A DNA stretch of 64,000 nt, taken from positions 96,001 through 160,000 of IMG/VR virus record IMGVR_UViG_3300021431_000075. One strand, 5' to 3'. The notes below the pieces were generated by a model. That model worked only from the letters and a program-made list of their open reading frames with translations. It was not told the DNA's origin and did no database searches. Source of the DNA: a virus. Lineage: Duplodnaviria; Caudoviricetes. Position 1 is the stretch's first letter, and every line of letters starts with the position of its first letter. Below are positions 39,201 through 49,672 of the stretch, piece after piece. A program made the position numbers and the translations under genes.

Positions 39201-39923
39201 TTATACCTCATTGTATTTCGCAATTATCTGCTCACAAATCTCCAGCACCTTACGCACTTTCCCGATGTCGAACCAGTCGTCGGTACGCACGCCGCTCTCC
39301 ATGTCGATCCAGAACTCTCCGTCATGAACATTCTCAAAGAGATAAGTCAACTTGTCTGCTACGTTGTCAGGATTGATGCCTCCTGCATAACCTATCTTAT
39401 GGTTATAGACTGACGAGTAGATGCTGATTGGGCTATCAATACCCAGCCCACCGCTGTCATCTATCAACATCGAAACGAGTCGCGGAGATCCGTCTTCGTC
39501 TCCCCATAGACTACGCTCGAAAAACTCTGTATTGTCAGAGCGCTGCTGGATGATGACCTCTGTTTTTAGGGTTGGCAAACTGGCAAGTCTTTCTGGAGTG
39601 TCCAGTCGATTTGCCACGTTTAATTGCACACGCTGGAACAACTGCATCTCCAACATGGACAAAGTATGTTGATTGACACACTCCCACAACCCATTTGCAG
39701 CATCGCTTGCCATTGAGCCGCATATATGCAGGGCGAGGTTTAGTCCGCGCCCATAGAGATTGGGAAAAAACTGCGGATTAATATAGCGGTTGCCGTTCTC
39801 GTACCAATGGTAACTTGTCAGCACACCGAACTCCGCTATCGGATAGTGCTGCTGAATGTCTTGCAATTCCTGCAAGTCTGTACGAGCATCAACGCCCGTA
39901 AATGTAATATGTCTTAGTCTCAT
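39201..39923 (-). CDS. PRAI/TrpF-like TIM-barrel phage protein
   Basis: DDSGGLG, GYAGGINPDNV, WIDMESGVR. Confidence 0.75.
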   Translation of the reverse strand: MRLRHITFTGVDARTDLQELQDIQQHYPIAEFGVLTSYHWYENGNRYINPQFFPNLYGRGLNLALHICGSMASDAANGLWECVNQHTLSMLEMQLFQRVQLNVANRLDTPERLASLPTLKTEVIIQQRSDNTEFFERSLWGDEDGSPRLVSMLIDDSGGLGIDSPISIYSSVYNHKIGYAGGINPDNVADKLTYLFENVHDGEFWIDMESGVRTDDWFDIGKVRKVLEICEQIIAKYNEV

Positions 39924-39925
39924 TA

Positions 39926-40378
39926 TTAGCCCTCCTTTTCTAAATCATAATCATTATATATGTACGTATCATCCGGCTCGTCGTCGAATCTTATTTCCAC
40001 GTCTATTTTGCCAGTCCGATTGTTGCGGTATGCTCTTTCAACAACTGCCTTACGATTATTCATATCTGTGTCTGATTGGTTCACCAACCTTACCTCATCG
40101 CCCGGCTTGAACGGCATCTCTGGTCCGTTGTAGCCCATCTTCTTCAGATAACCCTGCCACTCGTCATAGGTTACATTATCGAAGCGGGTATCTTCCAACA
40201 CGCAATCGAAAGACTTGACAAAATGCTTATCCTCCAAATTACGCTTCGCTTCTTCTCTTGCTCTTTCGGCACACATTTCGATGTAGTCTTCTTCGCTCAT
40301 GTTGATATGCGTCACAGAATCCACCACCGTAGAGAACCGGCACAGCAGTCCATTAGGTTGTCTTGCAATATAACTCAT
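39926..40378 (-). CDS. hypothetical phage protein with C-terminal FKPGD unit
   Basis: Start revised to MSYIARQPNGLLCRFS. Confidence 0.7.
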   Translation of the reverse strand: MSYIARQPNGLLCRFSTVVDSVTHINMSEEDYIEMCAERAREEAKRNLEDKHFVKSFDCVLEDTRFDNVTYDEWQGYLKKMGYNGPEMPFKPGDEVRLVNQSDTDMNNRKAVVERAYRNNRTGKIDVEIRFDDEPDDTYIYNDYDLEKEG

Positions 40379-40380
40379 AG

Positions 40381-40506
40381 TCAGTCCTCCTTGCTCTTTT
40401 TCGATTTTCCTATCCATATCAATGGAGCGTTGAAAATTACGGCGAGATAAATCAAGCCGCCAACCCAGTGCCAAAAATTCCCGAAGAAGAATTCACAATA
40501 TTCCAT
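40381..40506 (-). CDS. 41-aa membrane peptide
   Basis: MEYCEFFFGNFWHWVGGLIYLAVIF... read manually. Confidence 0.55.
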   Translation of the reverse strand: MEYCEFFFGNFWHWVGGLIYLAVIFNAPLIWIGKSKKSKED

Positions 40507-40509
40507 ACA

Positions 40510-40716
40510 TTATTCCTCCAACTTTTTTATTTTGTCAATAGCGTCTGCCACCTCCAGCCAGCTACGGTTGAACGCCTGTTGCTTGTATCGGATGGCTTCA
40601 CGCTCTATCTCAAACTTATGCTCGTTCATGGATGCTATCTGTCTGAAGCACTCATTTTCATACTCCTGCAACGTCTTGACGAGGTTATTCAAGATAGTTT
40701 CTTCATCTTTGGTCAT
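40510..40716 (-). CDS. hypothetical protein
   Basis: Coupled ORF. Confidence 0.6.
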   Translation of the reverse strand: MTKDEETILNNLVKTLQEYENECFRQIASMNEHKFEIEREAIRYKQQAFNRSWLEVADAIDKIKKLEE

Positions 40717-41903
40717 GCATTTCCATCTCTTTTTATAATCCTTTTTGAAATCGAAATACCAAACTTTTCAAACTGCTCTCCGAACCGGTCGTTTATCAAT
40801 GCAATAGCGTCAAGAACGCCGCGTCTATATATGTCGCTGACTCTCTTGTCCTTGAAATTGTCAGAACTGTTCTTGAAATGACAAACAAGGTCATCAACAT
40901 CTTTTTGCGTCAACTTCTTGCGTTCGACTTTCTTATTGTCATTTGCACATGAATCTGTTTTGAGACTATTAAAGAACTCAATATCAGATTTTTCAGCAGG
41001 AGTAACAACATAGTCACATGTGGAAAAATCCATTACATTAGTAATCGCAAGCATTGCATCTTCAAGTTCAAACTTGTCTACAAAATATCTATAACCAAAC
41101 GAATAGAAATGAACTTGCTTAGTTTCTCTATCATAACTGCGGAACTTTCCGACAATAGAAATCATTGTTTCATGCTTTTCTCTCTGTCTGATTGAAACCC
41201 TCACAATGTCTCCGTCTTTCACGTCTTCGAAATCAAACAAATGAAATGTTCTATCCGCATATGCGATGCTCTTCGGTCCATTAACCGTTTCATAAACATA
41301 ATTTCCGACATTGATGATTCTCAGAATTTTCAAAACATCAGTTCCGTCAGTCACCACATCTCCGGGTTCGAACTTGTGCTTGACCACCTCTTTCGGCCAT
41401 ATCAGTTGCCTGCTATGTTCGTCAAAACAAATATTGTTATTTTCCATATCTGACCGCATCCGCTCTTTGTCTGAATCGCTCATCGGGAATACAAGAAGAT
41501 TTCCTTCTGACATCTGGATTGCATCTTTAGAAATCCATGTCACTGTACGGAACGGCATTGATGAAGTTTCATCATAAGTGAAAAACAAGCACAGTTTATC
41601 AGTATAAAATTTCGTCTTCTCAACATCCAGTCTGCCGTGGATAATCTTGTTCTCTGGTCCATTATAACCTTTATTAAGAACAATTGTCAAATAGTCTCCA
41701 TCAGATGCATCATCAAGAGTCCATTTGTGGCATCTTGACATATATTCAGAACTTATTGACTCAGGTCCATCTCCATTATCAGAAAGAATTGCACAATCTT
41801 CTCCATAAGGATCTCTTATGAACATCATAATCCGACCAACCAGTTTTCCAGTTTCATTGTTGACAATCCAGTCATTGCCTGAAAATTTTTCTTTCTTTTC
41901 CAT
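40713..41903 (-). CDS. modular repeat protein (2 modules)
   Basis: KWTLDDASDGD, LFDFEDVKDGD; start MEKKEKF. Confidence 0.8.
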   Translation of the reverse strand: MEKKEKFSGNDWIVNNETGKLVGRIMMFIRDPYGEDCAILSDNGDGPESISSEYMSRCHKWTLDDASDGDYLTIVLNKGYNGPENKIIHGRLDVEKTKFYTDKLCLFFTYDETSSMPFRTVTWISKDAIQMSEGNLLVFPMSDSDKERMRSDMENNNICFDEHSRQLIWPKEVVKHKFEPGDVVTDGTDVLKILRIINVGNYVYETVNGPKSIAYADRTFHLFDFEDVKDGDIVRVSIRQREKHETMISIVGKFRSYDRETKQVHFYSFGYRYFVDKFELEDAMLAITNVMDFSTCDYVVTPAEKSDIEFFNSLKTDSCANDNKKVERKKLTQKDVDDLVCHFKNSSDNFKDKRVSDIYRRGVLDAIALINDRFGEQFEKFGISISKRIIKRDGNA

Positions 41904-42088
41904 CAGCAAATATTTTTCTTTGAAATAGAAAATCCAAACTTTTCAAACTGCTCACAAAACCGCTCGTTTAACAATGCAATAGCATCAAGAACGCCGCGCC
42001 TATATATGTCACTGACTCTCTTGTCTTTGAAATTATCGGAACTGTTCTTGAAATGACAGACAAGATTATCAACATCTTTTTGCGTCAA
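40744..42088. repeat. 170-bp direct repeat (40744-40913 and 41919-42088)
   Basis: About 90% identical; shared C-terminal domain LTQKDVD...ISK. Confidence 0.9.
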
Positions 42089-44011
42089 ACTCTTGCAATC
42101 GACTTTCTCATTTGTCATACAAAAACCCGCATTCTGCTCCCAGTAGTTTGAGTCCGTTCCTTTGATAAGACGCTTGAGATCTTTGTCAAGTGCAAACCCG
42201 TGCTTGAACATATCATCAAACATCCTATTCTTTTGATGTTCATCCATCGGCACAACATCTCCGCAAATGTCAGTATACGGAATCGACTGACATGTCTTGA
42301 ATTCAACCTTTGCATCCTTGTTCATCGAATTATAAGACATGTACAAGCATAGATATTCATCATCAGATTTAGACTTGGCATATGTTCCGCATATAAAATG
42401 CATAAACTGAATTCCATCCACTCCGGGAGCGACAGGAACCGATACCATCATGCCATCATATGCATCATTGATAGTCCAGTTGTGATACAAGCCGAAACAC
42501 TCTTGCGATATAACCTCTGTATCTCCTGTCCTGTTGTCAAGAACAGCGCTTCCATATTTGTCAAATCTGGAAAAACGTCCAATCAAATTACCATTCTGGT
42601 CTGCAACCCAGCCACCAAAGCGAATTTCTCTCGTATCATAGAAATGCTTCTTGTCGCTACAAAGAGCATATCCTCTCTTGTTCAAGCATTCTTTGATTTT
42701 ATTGATAACTCTCTTCGGAACCGGTTCAACAAGAACATTGCCTTTTTCATCATGTAGCCGGAATCTGACATCCTTTACCAAGTTCACATAGTCGCTATCC
42801 AGATTGGAACATGAGAAATATAAAGAAATCGTATCTTTATCTGTTTCTTTCTTGTTCAATGGTCCATAAACAACTTTTGTGATTTTTGAATCAAGAACAA
42901 GAACATAGTCGCCGTCTTTTGCATCATCAAGACACCACTTATGACATTTGCTCATATATTCCATGTCAACAGCGCCAACTTCCACGTCACCATCACGAAC
43001 AACTGCATAAATGTTATTCAATCGGTCTCTTCCAACCAAATCGATCACACCGACAAGCTTCCCGTCATCATTCCGAACAAGCCAGTCATTGACTTCAAAC
43101 CTGCACTCTTCACCATTCTTTTCAACGCTTTCAATAGAGTCCGTTGCAACCAGTTTCCTTGAGTCGTCAGAAAGAGAATAACCGCATTTTTTCATAGCAT
43201 TCTTGAACTCGTCAAGAATGCAATTGCTAATCGGAGTTACATCTTCCACAAAATCAGAGGTATTGCGAACCCATGTTTCATTCTCGATAAATCTATCTCC
43301 ATGCTCTGAACCACAAACCAATGAGAAATACAAACAAATCTTGTCACTATTGCTCTTCTCCCTGTTCAATGGACCAATCAATAAATATTCAAAACTATTG
43401 ACAACAACAAAATCACAGTCATGCGCATCCGCTATTGTCCACTTATGGCAATTATTCAAAAATTCAATACCAACGAATGAATATTCGCTGTTGTCAAGAG
43501 CCACATATGGACATGCATTTATATTGACACCAGAACTTACAACCCTACCAACAATCTTCCCTTCGGCATTGACAATCCAGTCATAATATTCAAAATTCGG
43601 ACGCTTAACACCAGCACGGTCGAATTCCACCTGTCGATTCAACGGAGGATACTCATAGTCTTCCTGTTCAGTCAACGGAATCGTCTCATTATTGCAATGA
43701 TAATCGAAACAATCAACATAAACAACAACTGGCAATCCGCTTGTTATTCCGTTTTTTGCTTCCTCTTTTGTTCTCATAACATCGCCGATTATGAACTTCG
43801 GCGTGATGTGTCCGGTCTCTATCTCTTCCGCCGTTGCATAACGGAAGTATGCGGAAGCATCTTTCAGCCCCATCATGAACATTCCGCGCTTCGCCTTGAC
43901 AACCGACCCGCGCTTCGCCTGCAGATTTCCGCCGGCATAATAATCCTTGATACACACGTACCATCTGCCGTGCTCTATCTTCACGACATTTTCATTATTG
44001 ATTTCATTCAT
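41903..44011 (-). CDS. modular repeat protein (3 modules)
   Basis: KWTIADAHDCD, KWCLDDAKDGD, NWTINDAYDGM; start revised. Confidence 0.8.
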   Translation of the reverse strand: MNEINNENVVKIEHGRWYVCIKDYYAGGNLQAKRGSVVKAKRGMFMMGLKDASAYFRYATAEEIETGHITPKFIIGDVMRTKEEAKNGITSGLPVVVYVDCFDYHCNNETIPLTEQEDYEYPPLNRQVEFDRAGVKRPNFEYYDWIVNAEGKIVGRVVSSGVNINACPYVALDNSEYSFVGIEFLNNCHKWTIADAHDCDFVVVNSFEYLLIGPLNREKSNSDKICLYFSLVCGSEHGDRFIENETWVRNTSDFVEDVTPISNCILDEFKNAMKKCGYSLSDDSRKLVATDSIESVEKNGEECRFEVNDWLVRNDDGKLVGVIDLVGRDRLNNIYAVVRDGDVEVGAVDMEYMSKCHKWCLDDAKDGDYVLVLDSKITKVVYGPLNKKETDKDTISLYFSCSNLDSDYVNLVKDVRFRLHDEKGNVLVEPVPKRVINKIKECLNKRGYALCSDKKHFYDTREIRFGGWVADQNGNLIGRFSRFDKYGSAVLDNRTGDTEVISQECFGLYHNWTINDAYDGMMVSVPVAPGVDGIQFMHFICGTYAKSKSDDEYLCLYMSYNSMNKDAKVEFKTCQSIPYTDICGDVVPMDEHQKNRMFDDMFKHGFALDKDLKRLIKGTDSNYWEQNAGFCMTNEKVDCKSLTQKDVDNLVCHFKNSSDNFKDKRVSDIYRRGVLDAIALLNERFCEQFEKFGFSISKKNIC

Positions 44012-44019
44012 TGGTTCTT

Positions 44020-44388
44020 CTATTTTTCCCAAATATTAATAAACTTACTACGAATCTTCAGCATCGCGCTCAACTCACCCATGCTGAATGCATCCATGCT
44101 GTATGCATCAGAGCTGCTATCAGGAATGCTTTCAAGACGCTTTATCTCACTTAGCAAAAATGTTCCGAATTCCGAAATCTTTCTATCAAATTCAGCATCA
44201 ACATTCTCTGTTTCAGAGGGAACAGTTCCGCTAATCGTCAATACGCCGTCCTTGTACTTTATGCGGTCCGCATGACAAGTCACATCATGGTCGTGACTAT
44301 TTTCATCCATTCTGATGCAAATGGCGACCGGCGTCTCATCAACAGGACTCGATTCATTCAAATAATGCTTTAGATATTTTGCATCCAT
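44020..44388 (-). CDS. hypothetical protein
   Basis: ORF track. Confidence 0.65.
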   Translation of the reverse strand: MDAKYLKHYLNESSPVDETPVAICIRMDENSHDHDVTCHADRIKYKDGVLTISGTVPSETENVDAEFDRKISEFGTFLLSEIKRLESIPDSSSDAYSMDAFSMGELSAMLKIRSKFINIWEK

Positions 44389-44459
44389 AATCTAATGATT
44401 TTTTACATCCGACTATCGTTAAGAACACGTTTCTCATCATGTTGTGACATGTATTGCCG

Positions 44460-44792
44460 TTATGAGTTTTTCAATTTTCTTATGCGTTCTGCAATGTCTT
44501 CGATTTCTGATTCAGAAAGAACTTTGCAGAGAAAATTTTCGTTTCTTTTGATATAAAACAACTTGTTTTCCATCTCTTTACGTTTCACATATAATTCTCT
44601 GCTTTCTTCCAACTCATATATGCTCCAGTCAACACAAACCAATGTCCGTGTATCAAACCGATACTTGCGCCCATAGTCATCAGATACCGTAATATAAACT
44701 CTACCGACTGATGTTACGACTGCATCAAAACCTTCCTGCCGACTGTCTGATGACGATACATAGACCTTCTGACCTTTTGTAAAATCTGCCAT
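44460..44792 (-). CDS. small beta-barrel phage protein
   Basis: GQKVYV...VTSVGRVYITV. Confidence 0.65.
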   Translation of the reverse strand: MADFTKGQKVYVSSSDSRQEGFDAVVTSVGRVYITVSDDYGRKYRFDTRTLVCVDWSIYELEESRELYVKRKEMENKLFYIKRNENFLCKVLSESEIEDIAERIRKLKNS

Positions 44793-44804
44793 AATTCAAT
44801 TACT

Positions 44805-45200
44805 TTATATAGTTATTAAATCTTTTTTCAAAAGTTTCAAAACAATTTCAAATACCGAGTCAATAAACTCTACCGGAACCGATTTCTCATTACGGTATAC
44901 AAAATCCTCACCAAGCTTTCTACAAATAACACTTCCATCTGCGCAAAGCGTAGTAACGAAACCGTTATCTCGCAACAACGAACACAATGCCGAAAGACTC
45001 CATGCAGGCTTGTGTTTATATCTATTCAATGATGCTGGAACCAAATCCATCTTAAAATCAGACATCATATGATTTTCGTCATATATGCTTTTCCAAGACA
45101 TATCAGCGGTTCGTTCTGGCAAGTATTCAGAAAGCAAAACCGACTGCTCATAATCAGTGCATAGTTTTGGAATATTACTTTTATTTTCTTGCGAACTCAT
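44805..45200 (-). CDS. TxxEQS...PAWSL family phage protein
   Basis: CTDYEQS..TADM..PAWSLSAL. Confidence 0.7.
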   Translation of the reverse strand: MSSQENKSNIPKLCTDYEQSVLLSEYLPERTADMSWKSIYDENHMMSDFKMDLVPASLNRYKHKPAWSLSALCSLLRDNGFVTTLCADGSVICRKLGEDFVYRNEKSVPVEFIDSVFEIVLKLLKKDLITI

Positions 45201-45220
45201 AATTAAATAATTTTATCATG

Positions 45221-45679
45221 TTAAGAATCAAAAATGCTACAAACCTTATTCATCTGTACACAAAGCCTTTCAAATTCTTCAAAGAATATGTTTATTTCAT
45301 CATACGTTGCAAGTCTCATGTAATTATCTGAAGTATAGACTCTTCTAAATTCAAACTTGCCGTTGCGAAGTGAAACATAAGAATCTATCAAACCTCCAAG
45401 CTCATACTTGTCGAATACGAATATCTCTGTGTTATTGCACATGACAAAGTCACCTTTCTTGTAGAATGCATGTTCATCGTTCTCTTTCGCGTCACTTTGT
45501 TGTTTACTTCCCTTGCCAATCGGGACAATGCTTCCTCCGTAATACTCAAGATTCTGGTCTTTCAATGCATTCAAGACATTATTCCTGATACTTCTTCCGT
45601 CATCAGGAAATACACCCTGTGCAAACAAGCTACAGATGAACTTGTCAAAATCTATCAACCGGTTCTTCCTCTTGTTCAT
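45221..45679 (-). CDS. DF...ALxxQ domain + partial module
   Basis: IDFDKFI...ALKDQ; YKKGDF...RLATYDE. Confidence 0.7.
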   Translation of the reverse strand: MNKRKNRLIDFDKFICSLFAQGVFPDDGRSIRNNVLNALKDQNLEYYGGSIVPIGKGSKQQSDAKENDEHAFYKKGDFVMCNNTEIFVFDKYELGGLIDSYVSLRNGKFEFRRVYTSDNYMRLATYDEINIFFEEFERLCVQMNKVCSIFDS

Positions 45680-46181
45680 TGTCTTTTTTAGATTTTATTG
45701 TCGTCTCACATCCGCGATAATTATAAATGCCTTCCGGAAATCCTTCCCTGCGAAGTATGCTTGCCATGATGATTCCGTCCGCATGGTTCGAGACATGCTT
45801 CCGAACAGCATACACAGACCGCGTTATCTCTTTGCCGTCCCATTCCAGAAGTCCGACTCCATCCGGCAAATCTTTCTCTGAAAGAAGTCCTTTCGGAGTC
45901 AAGTAGTAGCGGTAGTTTCCGGCAAGACATTCTTCATGTCCGGGCTGTTTCCAGACCTTCTTCTTGTCATTGAGAAAATCAGAGCGACTCACTTTGACTT
46001 CAACCACGATAGTGCTCCAGCCGTTGAACGCCCAGACATCAGGATTCTCACATGCGTTCACACAAACTTCGACAGCAACATATTTCCATCGTCCATCGAA
46101 CTTCTCGCAGTTCTTTCTCCTGCGGAGCCATCTGGCGCATTCGCAACACAATTCATAGTGCAATGATTTCGTCTGACTCAT
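45645..46181 (-). CDS. PD-(D/E)XK nuclease-like protein (MmcB-like)
   Basis: PDVWAF...VEVKVSRSDFLND...RYYLTP...GVGLL. Confidence 0.75.
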   Translation of the reverse strand: MSQTKSLHYELCCECARWLRRRKNCEKFDGRWKYVAVEVCVNACENPDVWAFNGWSTIVVEVKVSRSDFLNDKKKVWKQPGHEECLAGNYRYYLTPKGLLSEKDLPDGVGLLEWDGKEITRSVYAVRKHVSNHADGIIMASILRREGFPEGIYNYRGCETTIKSKKDNEQEEEPVDRF

Positions 46182-46423
46182 AAACTCCTGACTTCTTTAT
46201 AGAAACCACAATTCCCCGCCGGAGTAAACTTGTTCACGCAATGCTTGACCTTCTTGCAGAAAGTGCCGCCATAATAATGCTCGCATTTTCCACAAAGCGG
46301 TCTCAACCACCAGTTCTTCTTTGCCGCTTTCTTGAGTTCTTCTTCTGAAGCCGGAATTCCGGGAGCAGCAGACGAGAACTTCTTATGAAGTTCTTCTGTT
46401 GTATGTAAATTATAGTACTCCAT
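46178..46423 (-). CDS. small Cys-rich protein
   Basis: CGKCEH...C...C. Confidence 0.6.
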   Translation of the reverse strand: MEYYNLHTTEELHKKFSSAAPGIPASEEELKKAAKKNWWLRPLCGKCEHYYGGTFCKKVKHCVNKFTPAGNCGFYKEVRSL

Positions 46424-46425
46424 AA

Positions 46426-46662
46426 TTATAAATCAATAGATTTCAACGCGTTAGTGAACGTTTTCTTGTTCGTGAAAGTCTTGCTTCCGATAGTCCAGTG
46501 CGTCCTGTCCATTCCATATCTACCATTTTTCAACTTACGGACAAAGACAATCATACCGAACCTACAATCTTCGCTCTTATAAAATGAAATGCATACGTTG
46601 TTCTTGTTTGTATGAGCAACATAATTCATGTTCACGTTCTTTTCAAATTGTTCAAAAGTCAT
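46426..46662 (-). CDS. hypothetical protein
   Basis: First gene of the leftward unit. Confidence 0.65.
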   Translation of the reverse strand: MTFEQFEKNVNMNYVAHTNKNNVCISFYKSEDCRFGMIVFVRKLKNGRYGMDRTHWTIGSKTFTNKKTFTNALKSIDL

Positions 46663-46682
46663 AAGATAAAAGTTTTTATATC

Positions 46683-46716
46683 TGCAAATATATTGACTTT
46701 TTTATTTTCTTGCAAC
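46683..46716 (-). promoter_or_regulatory. leftward Bacteroidota-type promoter at the strand switch
   Basis: TATATTTGCA -7 element. Confidence 0.7.
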
Positions 46717-46877
46717 AAAATCAAAAAAATTCTACACATTTTTGACATTCTTTAACATCATGGATGATTTCATCAGATTGTGTTCACATCATTTAACTAC
46801 TAAAAAACCAAAATATAAAAAAGCCTAAATTCAGAAACAAAACTATCAAAAAATTTTCTTAATAACAGGTTTATTAC

Positions 46878-46887
46878 TATTTTTGCA
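46878..46887 (+). promoter_or_regulatory. rightward Bacteroidota-type promoter
   Basis: TATTTTTGCA -7 element. Confidence 0.65.
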
Positions 46888-46913
46888 AAAAATTATATAA
46901 AAAGAAACATTAT

Positions 46914-47093
46914 ATGGCTAAAACAACTTCAACAAGAATGTGCATACAGGACACTATTATAAATGGTCTTAGTTTTATGCATGGACTCTTTTATAAAGTT
47001 GAATATAATCCGATAATACGCACGTTCATTATATACAATAAATTTGGTTATACTGACATATCCAAACAACAATTCGATTATTCATTCATATAA
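46914..47093 (+). CDS. 59-aa hypothetical protein
   Basis: MAKTTSTRMCIQD... read manually. Confidence 0.55.
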   Translation: MAKTTSTRMCIQDTIINGLSFMHGLFYKVEYNPIIRTFIIYNKFGYTDISKQQFDYSFI

Positions 47094-47106
47094 AACAATA
47101 GAACTT

Positions 47107-47502
47107 ATGAAACAGACAAAAGTTAAAAAAACAACAACGAACAAACCAACATTGACAGTACAGGAATTCATTGACAAATTTCCTGTCGGTTCAATAATCT
47201 CGTTCATTGAAAGCAAATCATTCATTGCATCCGGAGCAAGGTCTATCTTCAGAATAGACCGTTATGAGCAAACTTCAAGGGGTTATTTCTTTATGTACGG
47301 CATCTGGTGCGGCTTTGATTTCCAGACAACAAACTACAAAAAAGAATACAATCTGGATGTTTCAAACTGGCATTGTGTTGACTGTAATGAAGATTATATG
47401 GCAACATCAGTAGAAAACCTGCTGTTCGGTTTCAATGATGTCAGGCTTGCCAACAACACCGAAAAAGAAATTTTCATCACTTGTCTAAACAATCTGAAAT
47501 AA
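47107..47502 (+). CDS. hypothetical protein
   Basis: Start revised to MKQTK; RLANNTEKE motif. Confidence 0.7.
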   Translation: MKQTKVKKTTTNKPTLTVQEFIDKFPVGSIISFIESKSFIASGARSIFRIDRYEQTSRGYFFMYGIWCGFDFQTTNYKKEYNLDVSNWHCVDCNEDYMATSVENLLFGFNDVRLANNTEKEIFITCLNNLK

Positions 47503-47506
47503 AATT

Positions 47507-49534
47507 ATGGAACCGAACAAATACGAAAAAATCATATCTTTCCTTGAAAATAAGATGAAAGATTGCGATGGCAGCATTTTGGTCATCAACAAGAATGAAC
47601 TGAAAAATATGTTCGATGAGTTAAATGTCAATGCCAAGGATTATAAAGAATGGATTCTTGATTATCTTCAAGATGGTTTGCTCACTGCAGACGAACAAAC
47701 GATGACCGATATCAAAAATGCATTCAACTGGTTAAAAAGTCTTAACAGTCCAGCAGCGGTTCATGAAGATGAAACTCATAATGACTTTAGCCAGTTTAAG
47801 CCAAAATTCCAAGTTGGCGACAAAGTAAACTTGATAGACAGACCCGATGTCAAATATAACATATTGACAATTGATTCCGTCAATATGGATGAACACTGTT
47901 ATGTCTGCAACCAGGGTTCTGTGATTGATTTTTCTGAAGAAATCATATGGCGCAAAGTAGAGAATGACGACACAAAACCAACAAGATTTGATACAGGCGA
48001 TTTTGTGGTTGTCAGGGACGGAAAATGTACAAAAACCCTAAAAATCGAACAGGCTGACAACGCGGACTATACATGTATGAACATGTCGGACGGTTCGATA
48101 GAAACCATCCATGTAGAAAATCTTGATGATGCAGACTCTTGGATATGGTCAATAAAAGATGCAAAACCCGGAGACGTTCTCATCACAGATAGCAATGCAA
48201 TCACTTTCATTTTCAAAAGCCATGTCGAAAACAAACTGGTTTCTGGCTATTGCCGTTATCATACAGATGAAGGCGTATTATATAAACACTCTTTCGACTG
48301 CTACTGCGATACAGATGAAGAAGTTCATCCGGCAACCATACAGCAAGCAAATGAAATGTTCTCCGAGATGCACAGACTTAACTTCGATTGGGACAACAGC
48401 CGCAAGGAAATAATAGCACTTGCCAAAAACGACGTGAATGAGTCCGAACCGAAATTCAGAATTGATGACTGGATTATAGAGAATGACAACGAGGACGCAA
48501 GCGCTTGGCAAGTCGTCTCTATAGAAAACGGCAACTATAAGTTGTCAAATAGTCACGGTCCGCAAAATGTTCTGGAAATAGATTTTGTAGATAAAAATTA
48601 TCATATCTGGAGCATATATGACGCGAAAGACGGCGACATCCTTGTCGTCAAAGGCATAGAGATAATCATTTATCGCAGCCGTCCGGATCATATGATAGAC
48701 TCTTATTGCTCACTGATCCGAAATCAGTTCATCAGCACCCAAACTACATATTTCGGAAGAGTGACGCCGGCATCAGAAGAACAGTACAATATGCTGTTTG
48801 ATGCAATGGATGCAGCCGGTTATGAATGGATTCCAGAAACAAAAACGTTGAGACACGCTAACGCTGATGCGTGTTTCTTCAAGCAAGGCGAATGGTACCA
48901 GTGTGTTGAAGATGTAATGATTGATTTCATAAACTTCGATGCCGGAACCGCATATTTTTGTTCAGGAGAAGAAAGGCTGGAAGCAGAAGACGGAAACCAT
49001 GTCTGGATTCCCGAGAACTCGTACAGCAACTTCAAGCTCTGGAGCATTTCCGATGCAAAGGACGGAGATGTCCTCGCGTCAAGTTCTGAAATTTTCATTT
49101 ATAGTGCTCATCAGAATAACCGGATAGACTCATATTGCCATTTGGTTGGGAACCTTTTCATTGCCGGTCGATGCACACATGTTGGCAAAATAAAACCAGC
49201 GTCGAAAGAACAGAAAGCGTTGCTGTTTGACAAGATGAAGTTAAACGGTTATAAATGGAACGAAACTGACAAGACTTTGATAAAAAAGACAGATGATGAC
49301 GATTTCAGTAGAAAAAATTGTCGTGCATTTCAAGAACAAAGCAAAGAACTTTCAGGACCGGATTCAAACAAAGAAAAACTCATAGGAACAATAAAATCTA
49401 TGATTGCTGAATCTGTCAACAGAGCCAAATCGAATAATCCGCTTGATGAAAATACTTCAGTACAATTCGCATATGGCAGAGCATCTGGCTTAGAAGATGC
49501 TCTCGGCTTGATTGAAAACTTTTTCAACAACTAA
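47507..49534 (+). CDS. modular repeat protein (3 modules)
   Basis: IWSIKDAKPGD, IWSIYDAKDGD, LWSISDAKDGD. Confidence 0.85.
   Translation: MEPNKYEKIISFLENKMKDCDGSILVINKNELKNMFDELNVNAKDYKEWILDYLQDGLLTADEQTMTDIKNAFNWLKSLNSPAAVHEDETHNDFSQFKPKFQVGDKVNLIDRPDVKYNILTIDSVNMDEHCYVCNQGSVIDFSEEIIWRKVENDDTKPTRFDTGDFVVVRDGKCTKTLKIEQADNADYTCMNMSDGSIETIHVENLDDADSWIWSIKDAKPGDVLITDSNAITFIFKSHVENKLVSGYCRYHTDEGVLYKHSFDCYCDTDEEVHPATIQQANEMFSEMHRLNFDWDNSRKEIIALAKNDVNESEPKFRIDDWIIENDNEDASAWQVVSIENGNYKLSNSHGPQNVLEIDFVDKNYHIWSIYDAKDGDILVVKGIEIIIYRSRPDHMIDSYCSLIRNQFISTQTTYFGRVTPASEEQYNMLFDAMDAAGYEWIPETKTLRHANADACFFKQGEWYQCVEDVMIDFINFDAGTAYFCSGEERLEAEDGNHVWIPENSYSNFKLWSISDAKDGDVLASSSEIFIYSAHQNNRIDSYCHLVGNLFIAGRCTHVGKIKPASKEQKALLFDKMKLNGYKWNETDKTLIKKTDDDDFSRKNCRAFQEQSKELSGPDSNKEKLIGTIKSMIAESVNRAKSNNPLDENTSVQFAYGRASGLEDALGLIENFFNN
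48944..49060. repeat. 117-bp segment duplicated at 59062-59178
   Basis: 114/117 identical. Confidence 0.9.
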
Positions 49535-49558
49535 TTTATCAACCACAATCGTTTCTAC

Positions 49559-49592
49559 AAAAAGAGAGACTGCAAAACAGTCTCTCTTTTGT
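49559..49592 (+). terminator. intrinsic terminator
   Basis: AAAGAGAGACTG/CAGTCTCTCTTT. Confidence 0.8.
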
Positions 49593-49672
49593 TCATTTCT
49601 TTATGTTTGTTAAAAAAATTTAAAAGAAAAAAGAAAAACATCAAATCGTTTCCACATTATTGCAAATAATAT

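Noticed and set aside
46663-46913. Replication origin at the strand switch
   Set aside because: No iterons and no visible skew inversion; divergent promoters explain the region.
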